23,656 nucleotides of DNA from Candidatus Wukongarchaeum yapensis (lineage in GTDB: Archaea; Asgardarchaeota; Wukongarchaeia; Wukongarchaeales; Wukongarchaeaceae), in assembly GCA_016840425.1 (NCBI GenBank), contig JAEOSI010000007.1, positions 1-23,656 on the forward strand, written 5' to 3'. The position numbers and the translations under genes are program-made. Of this stretch, positions 16,279 through 23,656 are shown one piece after another (positions within the stretch are counted from its first letter, which is position 1; each line of letters starts with the position of its first letter). Under the pieces are notes generated by a model. It was not told the origin of the DNA, made no database searches, and was given only the letters and a program-made list of their open reading frames with translations.

Positions 16279-16386
16279 AAAAATCTCCTCTCAAAGTCCC
16301 ATAAAAGGCTCTTAATTTAATATCACCACTAAAAGGTATTAAACATTTCTTATTTTTTAAAAAACTGCTAATTTTAAAAACACGTT

Positions 16387-16737
16387 CTAGGGCGGAATCC
16401 AAGGCTCAAGATCCTCGGGTCTAAGCCTCTTAGAACACAATGGACAAACCTCTTTATCCCTAAGCCACGTCATTATATGATCTTCATGAAAAACATTTTT
16501 GCATTGGGGGCAAACAACATTCCTTCTCTCCTCCCCTTCTTCTTTGACTATGGGGAGCCAACATATGGGGCATTTTGGAAGATCCTCCCACTTCCATTCT
16601 CCAATCGTTTTTATTTTGAAAACTACTTCTTCACCGCTTAAGATTTCTTGTTCTTCACCTTTACTTGTTTCTTTTATTTCAAAGACTACGAGTTCTCCAT
16701 CAATTAAATCGTTACTCATGATCTCTTCTAGCCCCAT
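16387..16737 (-). CDS. Small RING-finger E3 ubiquitin ligase
   Basis: CPIC...CPQC..VFHEDH..TWL....CPLC; immediately upstream of and co-oriented with the ubiquitin gene. Confidence 0.88.
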   Translation of the reverse strand: MGLEEIMSNDLIDGELVVFEIKETSKGEEQEILSGEEVVFKIKTIGEWKWEDLPKCPICWLPIVKEEGEERRNVVCPQCKNVFHEDHIMTWLRDKEVCPLCSKRLRPEDLEPWIPP

Positions 16738-16833
16738 TTATCCTTGTTTTTAGGAAATTATTTGCTAAGAATAAGATCAATCAATATTTTAATAAACTCT
16801 TTTGTTATATCTTTTCTTATATTTTTTTGAGGG

Positions 16834-17307
16834 ATGGCTATCTTGAGCGAATCTGAAAACGATCAAAAGATTAAAATTGGGGTTCAGGCTGTTAAAACTC
16901 CTAAGGGTACTGTGCCAACTGTTAAAGGGTTGCATAACGTAGTTGGTGCTATTTTGGCTAAACATAAAACTGATTTTGAGGGAGCTAAAACCGAGATGTC
17001 GACCATAATGGAGGATTTGTTTAAAAGGCAGGGTCTTCAAGAGCGATTGAATCGTTTAGAGGCTGAAATAGGCAGTATACGAAAACTTATAGCAGAACAG
17101 CTTATATCTCTACAAATAATGCGTGAAGATCTGAATGAGCTTGTTAAAAAGGTTGATAGTTTAGGAGGGCGTGAAGCAATTGATGAGGAAGATATAAAAA
17201 ATTTAGTCTCTCAAGCAATAAAAAAGATTGAAGAAAAAGCGGGAGAAAACACGCGAAAATTAGAGCTAAAAATTTTAGAATTAATAGAAAAAGTAAAATC
17301 TAAATAA
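16834..17307 (+). CDS. Uncharacterised coiled-coil protein heading the ESCRT gene run
   Basis: 157-aa ORF with heptad-rich helices; no family recognised. Confidence 0.75.
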   Translation: MAILSESENDQKIKIGVQAVKTPKGTVPTVKGLHNVVGAILAKHKTDFEGAKTEMSTIMEDLFKRQGLQERLNRLEAEIGSIRKLIAEQLISLQIMREDLNELVKKVDSLGGREAIDEEDIKNLVSQAIKKIEEKAGENTRKLELKILELIEKVKSK

Positions 17308-17421
17308 CCTATCTGTAGCTTTTTGGGGGATTTGGGGGTTTTTCTATAATGAAAGGCTTTTTTAATACGTGAAACGTATTAAATACAAGAGAATAGAGAT
17401 CTTGAGGAGACCTGAAAAACT

Positions 17422-18237
17422 ATGGGGAAAAATTCTTGGCAGAAATCCCTGGATTATATTTTGGCGAGGGAAGCTCAATTAATGTATCAAAGGGCACCAG
17501 GTTTTCACCCTGAAAAAGGTGATTTGAAAAAATGGGTTGGAGAGCTTCCTGGAAGAGATCAGTATTTTCATATAAAATTTAAAATAGAACTAATAGTCCC
17601 TGATAACTATCCTAATGAACCTCCAGTTTTAAGGGTTGTTACTCCATGTAAGCATCCCAATGTTATGGATGATGGATCAGTTAGCTTACGGATATTAGAC
17701 CAGTGGAAGGGGAATTATCATCTTTATCAGGTTATCAACGGTATTAAAGGCTTGTTTGCAAGGGCACCTCCAATGCCTGCGGCTACAATAACTCCTTCTA
17801 CAAAACCAGCTGCATCTGTTGTAGTGGAACCCGAAACTGTGATCGAAGAAGTTTCTATTGAGGAGGAGTCTGAAGCTCTGAAACAAAGAGTAGGTTTGAT
17901 GGAGCAAGAGCTGGAAAGAATGCAGAAGAGTTTGGCGAAGCGGGATGAAGACCTTGCAATGGCTCGAGCAAAGATGTTTGTTCATAATATCCCTGAGAAA
18001 GGGGAAATAAGCGAAAAAAGCCTATTTATGCCTGATTCTAAGCCGGAAAAGGACTTGCTTGAATTAGAAAGTGAAAAAATAGCGATTGAGGATCTTCTTG
18101 CTTCCCTTGAAGAAAAGTTTGCAGACGGTGAACTCAGCGCTACAGACTACACAAAACTCTATCGACAGTATAAAAAACAGCTGTACCTTGTCAATAAAGC
18201 TTTTGATGAAAAGCAGTCAGAGCGAGGAGCCAGTTAG
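17422..18237 (+). CDS. vps23: ESCRT-I Vps23/TSG101 homologue (UEV - Pro-rich linker - coiled coil - steadiness box)
   Basis: UBC fold (YPNEPP, HPNV..GSVSL.IL..W) lacking the catalytic Cys; Pro-rich linker; C-terminal LEEKFADGELSATDY hairpin. Confidence 0.9.
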   Translation: MGKNSWQKSLDYILAREAQLMYQRAPGFHPEKGDLKKWVGELPGRDQYFHIKFKIELIVPDNYPNEPPVLRVVTPCKHPNVMDDGSVSLRILDQWKGNYHLYQVINGIKGLFARAPPMPAATITPSTKPAASVVVEPETVIEEVSIEEESEALKQRVGLMEQELERMQKSLAKRDEDLAMARAKMFVHNIPEKGEISEKSLFMPDSKPEKDLLELESEKIAIEDLLASLEEKFADGELSATDYTKLYRQYKKQLYLVNKAFDEKQSERGAS

Positions 18238-18267
18238 AGAAAGAAAAGGAAAGTGGGGTAGTTTTTT

Positions 18268-18939
18268 GTGAAGGCTTTACGAGATAATCCGATGAAAGAT
18301 GTGTGGTTGAAGGAAAGTGATCTTTACGCATGTATTGCGACAATCGATTCTATATCTAGAAGTTTTGAGCGGGGAGAAATAGATCCAGTAATGTATAAAA
18401 AACAGCTTAGGGCTTTGATTAAATCTATCTTCAAGTCAAGAATAAAGCTTGAACAATTAGGTGATTGGTCCTTAGAAGAGTTTATTAAACGGGAAAAATT
18501 GGGGGAAAAATATCCCTTAGGTGTGGTACGTTTAGGTTTTATGGAAGGCATAGATTTCGCTACCACCGAAGAGTTTGCTCCTTCTCTGCCCGAAGAAGAA
18601 CGTAGGAAGTTCTCTTATAAAGATCTTAGTAAAAAACTTGCACTAACCGCAGACCTAGTAGCTAGCATGATTGAACTTATAGACATTTTAAGGCTAAAAA
18701 CTGTGGCAAGAATAGACATGATCGTACCTTTAATGGAGGAAACGGCTCTTATCTTAGACGGGTTTTCTGGTGTATTCGGAGAAGATTATTGGATTAAAAA
18801 AGAGATGAATGATTGGAAGAAAAAAATGGAAAAAGAAAAGCCCGATAAACTACTAAGCGACGACGACATAAAACGATTAGAGTTTGCAGCAGTGAGATGG
18901 CTTAACGATTTCCGCCAGCGGTTAAGAACACTTGGTTAA
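18268..18939 (+). CDS. vps28: ESCRT-I Vps28 homologue
   Basis: SDLYACIATIDSISRSFERGEI..YKKQL N-terminal hairpin and a C-terminal four-helix bundle (IELIDILRL...W...LSDDDIKRLEF); directly after vps23. Confidence 0.88.
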   Translation: MKALRDNPMKDVWLKESDLYACIATIDSISRSFERGEIDPVMYKKQLRALIKSIFKSRIKLEQLGDWSLEEFIKREKLGEKYPLGVVRLGFMEGIDFATTEEFAPSLPEEERRKFSYKDLSKKLALTADLVASMIELIDILRLKTVARIDMIVPLMEETALILDGFSGVFGEDYWIKKEMNDWKKKMEKEKPDKLLSDDDIKRLEFAAVRWLNDFRQRLRTLG

Positions 18940-19255
18940 ACGGGGGAATCTTATCTTGCAAACCCCCAATCTTGGAGCTCTCATGGAACTTCAAAAAATA
19001 CTTATCAAACTCATAGATGAAGGAGAATTGGCTTTGCATGCTGAGTATATCCTTGAAGATCTAGACCAAATAATATTTCTTTCAAACAATATTTTCGGTC
19101 CTCAAAACAAAATTGCCTTAGAAGCGGAACAACTTTACAAGAAGCTGTACAAGAAGTACCGGAAAAAATTTGATAAAAAAGTGAAAGCTTCAGAAGGAGC
19201 TGAAATTAGCTTAAGAGGAAAAAGTTGGCTTAATATTTTAAAACATACTTTGTGA
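18932..19255 (+). CDS. Uncharacterised all-alpha protein between vps28 and vps22
   Basis: Overlaps the vps28 stop by 8 nt and ends 10 nt before vps22; alternative start ATG 18983 after GGAG. Confidence 0.7.
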   Translation: MVKRGNLILQTPNLGALMELQKILIKLIDEGELALHAEYILEDLDQIIFLSNNIFGPQNKIALEAEQLYKKLYKKYRKKFDKKVKASEGAEISLRGKSWLNILKHTL

Positions 19256-19265
19256 AGAGGAGATA

Positions 19266-19997
19266 GTGTTGGGGTTACGGGAAATAGAAGAAAAAATTCG
19301 CGTAAAGGCCGCGTATAAAAAGAAAAGTGTAGAAATTATGCTTGAAGAGCTAGGAACCCTTCTTGAGAGCATGAAAGAACTCAAAAAACGTGTTAAAGTC
19401 TTTGAAGATAAGTGGGGTAAAGATATCAAAGAAAATAAAGAGTTTTACGAAAAAATGTCCAATATCAGGGAAGAGCTAGGACTACCAGAAGAGGTTGGCG
19501 TTTTTAAGTGGAAAGAAAAACCTAGTGCTTTAGAAAAACTCACGGGAAAAGGTAGCTTCTATGACCAACTCGGAATAGAAATCCTAGAAATGACCAAGGA
19601 ACTAAAAGAAGAAAATGGAGGTCTTATGGCCCTTAGCGAGGTTGTTCTTGAAACCAATAAAAGAAGGCCAGGAATGGTTATAGCTCCGGGCTATATAGTG
19701 AAAGCTGTCGAAAAGTTAGCAGATGAAAAACTTATACCTGGGATAAAGAAGTTAAAATCTGGCGCGGAAATCGTTGAGTTTTTCCCCGTGAGTATGACAA
19801 CAGATGGAATGGAGATCTTAAGTATTGCTGCAAAAACAGGATGGACTACCTTAGAACAAGTAATTATAAAAACGGAATGGAATAGAGAAAGAGCAAAAAG
19901 GGCATTAGAAGCCTTAAAAGATGCGGGAATTGCAAGGGTGGATAAAAGCTATTCTGAAGGAGAAAAATACTACTTCCCTGGATTAGGAGGCCACTAG
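19266..19997 (+). CDS. vps22: ESCRT-II Vps22/Vps36-like (EAP30-domain) protein
   Basis: GSFYDQLGIEILE...NGGLMALSE, tandem winged helices, WNRERAKRAL..L...G..RVD...KYYFPGL. Confidence 0.9.
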   Translation: MLGLREIEEKIRVKAAYKKKSVEIMLEELGTLLESMKELKKRVKVFEDKWGKDIKENKEFYEKMSNIREELGLPEEVGVFKWKEKPSALEKLTGKGSFYDQLGIEILEMTKELKEENGGLMALSEVVLETNKRRPGMVIAPGYIVKAVEKLADEKLIPGIKKLKSGAEIVEFFPVSMTTDGMEILSIAAKTGWTTLEQVIIKTEWNRERAKRALEALKDAGIARVDKSYSEGEKYYFPGLGGH

Positions 19998-20316
19998 CAA
20001 AAGATTCAATGACTTTTAACGATAACAATAAAGGATAACTATTCTTCCCTCCCATCTTCTTTCATTTTTTCCTCCTTATTGTCATAATCATAAACTTTAT
20101 AACGATTTTTTAACAATTTTTAAAAATATAGGATGTTTTTAATCGGTGGAAGAATGGTGATGCCCTACCAATTTTAATTCTTGTAAAGCAATATTTTGAT
20201 TTTAAAAAGAGTGTTTTTTCTCTCGATTTTTCACAACAAACATTACCTTTTTTGGTCGTTTTTTGTTTTTTGGCTTTTTTAAATTTTTAAAATAATTAAA
20301 CTAGGGGTATTTTTGT

Positions 20317-21849
20317 ATGTCTTCGATGGATGTAAAAACGGTCGAAGTTTCTGTGAAAGGAAAAAAAATCATGGATTTCCTCCTTAAAGAAGGGAAAAGT
20401 GCTCAAAAGTATGTTGTGGGAGAAGTTGCAAAAGGATTAGGGGAAGACCTTGAAAAGTTGATTCCGATACTTTCCGACCTTTCTGACAAGGGGTTGTTAA
20501 AACTTTTTTCTGAAGAGACTGAACGAGTTGAATTAACTTCTGAAGGTCTCCTTTATGCTAAAGATGGTTTACCTGAGTGGAATCTTTTAAAAATTTTGAG
20601 GGATAGAAAGAAAAGAATTGAGGAAATAAGAGAAACTTTAGGGAAAAATGGTGCTAAAATAGGGTTAACATGGTGTATGCGTAATAAATGGGTTAAGAGC
20701 GAAAAAACGGATAAAGGCGCCCTTTTCTCCATAACTGCGGAAGGGTTGGAAGTTTTAGATAAAGGATTACTTGAACAAAAGCTTTTAGAAAAAATTGCCC
20801 AAAACCTTGTTTATTTATCCGATTTAAACCCTGAAGAAATAGGAGTGATAGGGAAACTTTTGGACAGAAATTTGCTTAAAAAGAAGATTGAAAGGAAATA
20901 TTCACTTTCCTTGTCTAAAGCTTTGTTAGAAGGAAAAATAGAGCCTATTCTCGTAGTAACGGCTCTAAATCGGGATTTAATTCTTTCAGGAGCATGGAAA
21001 AAAGCACGGTTAAAAAGATATAACTTGTCCGCTAGGCCGCCTACAACCTATATTGCAAGAAAACAGCCATATTTAGCTTTTCTAGACGAGTTAAAGGTTA
21101 AACTGGTATCCTTAGGATTCCAAGAGATGATCGGCCCCCTAGTAGAGCCTGAATTTTGGAACTTTGACGCCTTATATCAGCCTCAAGATCATCCTGCGAG
21201 AACTTGGAGTGCCACATACTCTATAAAAAAACCAGCGAAAGGCAAACTACCCCCAGGTGGAGTAGTGGAACGGGTTAAATCTGCCCATGAAGATGGTTGT
21301 GGAACGGGTTCTATAGGGTGGCGCTATAAATGGAGTCCTGAAGTAGCTGCTAAGCTCATGTTAAGAGCGCAAGGCACCAGTCTCTCGGCAAGAACGCTAC
21401 TCAAAGCAAAACCTCCCTCAAAATATTTCGCCATAGCAAGATGTTACAGACCGGATGTTGTTGATGCGACTCATCTTTCAGAATTCAATCAAGTAGAAGG
21501 AATAGTAGTGGATGAAGACTTAACTTTTCGGGATCTTTTAGGCATACTTAAAATGTTTGCCGTAGAGATTGCGAAAGCAGAAGACGTAAAATTTATCCCT
21601 GATTACTATCCCTTCACCGAACCTTCTGTACAGCTCAGCGCTAAACATCCCGAAATGGGATGGGTAGAGTTTGGAGGTGCAGGAATTTTCAGGCCAGAAG
21701 TGACTGCACCACCAAAAGTGGAAGTGCCTGTCCTTGCTTGGGGCCTTGGCGTGGACAGATTATACATGGTTAAAGCGGGAATACACGATATTAGGAATTT
21801 GTTCAACGAGGATCTAGGCTGGATGAGACGCTCAAAAGTCTTAATTTAA
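20317..21849 (+). CDS. pheS: Phenylalanyl-tRNA synthetase alpha subunit (archaeal/eukaryal long form)
   Basis: FWNFDALYQPQDHPAR, CYRPDVVDATHLSEFNQVEG, FPFTEPS-like YYPFTEPS, GAGIFRPEV, AWGLGVDRL. Confidence 0.97.
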   Translation: MSSMDVKTVEVSVKGKKIMDFLLKEGKSAQKYVVGEVAKGLGEDLEKLIPILSDLSDKGLLKLFSEETERVELTSEGLLYAKDGLPEWNLLKILRDRKKRIEEIRETLGKNGAKIGLTWCMRNKWVKSEKTDKGALFSITAEGLEVLDKGLLEQKLLEKIAQNLVYLSDLNPEEIGVIGKLLDRNLLKKKIERKYSLSLSKALLEGKIEPILVVTALNRDLILSGAWKKARLKRYNLSARPPTTYIARKQPYLAFLDELKVKLVSLGFQEMIGPLVEPEFWNFDALYQPQDHPARTWSATYSIKKPAKGKLPPGGVVERVKSAHEDGCGTGSIGWRYKWSPEVAAKLMLRAQGTSLSARTLLKAKPPSKYFAIARCYRPDVVDATHLSEFNQVEGIVVDEDLTFRDLLGILKMFAVEIAKAEDVKFIPDYYPFTEPSVQLSAKHPEMGWVEFGGAGIFRPEVTAPPKVEVPVLAWGLGVDRLYMVKAGIHDIRNLFNEDLGWMRRSKVLI

Positions 21850-21892
21850 GTTTAAGAAAAAAAAATGCAAAACAAAAGGAATGTTCTTAAAA

Positions 21893-23590
21893 ATGGTCAC
21901 TATTTCCGTGTCTTATGAGGACTTATGCAACCTTCTTGACGGAAAAACTTGGGAAATAGAAGAACTTGACTCCCTCTTACATTACGCTAAAACAGAGATA
22001 GATACCATTATAGATGACGAGTTAAAACTAGACATAAAAGACTCTAATAGGCCTGATTTATGGTGTGTTGAAGGATTAGCAAGAGAGTGTAGAGGTGTCC
22101 TTGGAGAAAAAGGGTTACCACAATATAAAGTGAACCCTTCGATAGCTGAAGTGATAGTGGATTCACGTTTAAAAAATATAAGACCTTTTATTGGTTGTGC
22201 GCTTGTAAAGAACATCTCATTTGACGATTACTTGATAAAACAGTTTATACAGTATAGTGAAAAGAAGGACAATTCCTACGGCAGAAGGAGAGAAAAGACA
22301 AGCATCGGTTTATATAACTGGACTAGAGAAGGGGAAAACATCCTAATTCCCCCAATATACTATAAAGTGGCAGACCCCGATGAAGTTAAATTCATTCCTT
22401 TAGGTTTCACTAAACCTATGACACTTCGCAAAATATTAGAAGTTCACCCAAAAGGCAGGGATTTTGGCCACATAATAGCCGATAACCCCTACTACCCCCT
22501 TCTAATAGACTCCCAAGGAAATATTTTAAGTATGCCCCCTATAATAAACTCAGAAGGAACAGGAAAAGTGGACGAATACACAGAAGAAGTTTTAGTAGAA
22601 GTAACAGGAACAGACTGGAACGCGGTAAACTGCGTTTTAGACGGCATAGTCACCGCCCTAGCTGAAAGGGGAGGCGAAATCTACGCGTTAACCCTCAATT
22701 TTCCATACGAGATAAACGGTGAAAAAACCTTCATAACCCCCAACCTAAACCCCCTTGAATGGGAGATCGACGTAAACTATGCCTCAAAAATTATCGGTAT
22801 CAAATTAACCCCAGAAGAAGTGGTGGAATACCTTAAAATAAAACGCTATGATGCTACACATCTTGAAGGTGAAAAAATTAAAGTTTTAGCTCCCGCTTAC
22901 AGGGCAGACATCATGCACCCCATTGATATAGTCGAAGACATAACTATAGCCATAGGATACGATAAAATAGAGCCAAGATGGAATCCAAAAATGACCCTAG
23001 GCGAGCTATCCTTTCCTACAAAATACGTTTACAAAATACGCGATTTGACCATAGGTTTAGGCTATCAAGAAGTATTAACTTTTAGCCTTACTAATCCCGA
23101 ATATTTAACCACAAAAATGCTAAAAGAAAACAGGGAACAACTTATTGAAGTAGCAAACCCCATATCCATAAACTACTCCGTTACTCGGAACTCCTTACTT
23201 CCAGGTCTCCTTAACTTCCTTTCAAAAAATACCCACGAAGAATACCCCCAAAGAATTTTCGAAGCAGGAGAGATAGTTCAGGTGGTCAATGAGGAGATAA
23301 AAATAAAGAAAAACCTAGCCTGTATAACAATCCATGCCAACGCAAGTTTTGCAGAAATCCATGGAGCCCTAGACACCCTTTTACAACTCCTAGGCACCGA
23401 ATATAGTTTAGAAGAAACTTCCCACCCCTCCTTTATTGAAGGAAGAACAGGTAAAATCAAGGCAGACAACACTGAATTAGGAATAATCGGGGAAATCCAC
23501 CCCCAAGTAGTAACCAATTGGGGACTCGAACTCCCCGCAGCAGCCTTCGAAATAAACTTAGGCCCATTAATTGAACAAGCTGAAAAATAA
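21893..23590 (+). CDS. pheT: Phenylalanyl-tRNA synthetase beta subunit
   Basis: NRPDLWCVEGLAR, LSMPPIINS, PAYRADIMHPIDIVEDI, NPISINYSVTRNSLLPGLL; start ATG 21893 (or 21881). Confidence 0.96.
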   Translation: MVTISVSYEDLCNLLDGKTWEIEELDSLLHYAKTEIDTIIDDELKLDIKDSNRPDLWCVEGLARECRGVLGEKGLPQYKVNPSIAEVIVDSRLKNIRPFIGCALVKNISFDDYLIKQFIQYSEKKDNSYGRRREKTSIGLYNWTREGENILIPPIYYKVADPDEVKFIPLGFTKPMTLRKILEVHPKGRDFGHIIADNPYYPLLIDSQGNILSMPPIINSEGTGKVDEYTEEVLVEVTGTDWNAVNCVLDGIVTALAERGGEIYALTLNFPYEINGEKTFITPNLNPLEWEIDVNYASKIIGIKLTPEEVVEYLKIKRYDATHLEGEKIKVLAPAYRADIMHPIDIVEDITIAIGYDKIEPRWNPKMTLGELSFPTKYVYKIRDLTIGLGYQEVLTFSLTNPEYLTTKMLKENREQLIEVANPISINYSVTRNSLLPGLLNFLSKNTHEEYPQRIFEAGEIVQVVNEEIKIKKNLACITIHANASFAEIHGALDTLLQLLGTEYSLEETSHPSFIEGRTGKIKADNTELGIIGEIHPQVVTNWGLELPAAAFEINLGPLIEQAEK

Positions 23591-23656
23591 TCAAAAAGCT
23601 TTAAAACCCCCTAAAACTAGTATTTAATTGCTCTATTTTTTCTTTTTGTTCAAGGA

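Noticed and set aside
309-23517. Short antisense or alternative-frame ORFs inside tnpB, argS, trx, priL, cooC, RING, vps genes, pheS and pheT
   Set aside because: Shadow ORFs of well-supported genes, with no motifs or RBS support
1-23656. CRISPR array or rRNA
   Set aside because: No regularly spaced repeats or rRNA-like sequence seen

Overview
AT-rich archaeal chromosomal window, most likely from an Asgard archaeon. That assignment is inferred from a eukaryote-type ubiquitin, a RING E3, ESCRT-I/II homologues and a longin-like protein. Left to right it contains: (1) an IS200/IS605 (IS1341-type) element with an internally deleted tnpB, whose right end supplies the stop codon of a convergent SPFH-like gene; (2) a degraded membrane-protein gene; (3) two intron-containing tRNA-Arg genes head-to-head with argS-trx-nrdG, one with a non-canonical 41/42 intron in a clean BHB motif; (4) a minus-strand run cooC-yip1-ZnR/yip1-DUF2085-priL-priS-longin; (5) a 345-bp non-coding tnpB-element derivative inserted after TTTAA into the last codons of cooC, whose empty site can be reconstructed; (6) a protein with a methanogenesis-marker-9-like Cys motif; (7) a divergent ubiquitin/RING and ESCRT-I/II (Vps23, Vps28, Vps22) locus with several uncharacterised ORFs that are candidate missing subunits; and (8) pheS-pheT. 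The most promising leads are the orphan omega-RNA mini-element and the extended Ub-ESCRT locus (Vps37-like hairpin protein, E2-like UEV with Cys-to-Ser, tandem-motif RING). All family calls come from motif recognition by eye; no database search was run.
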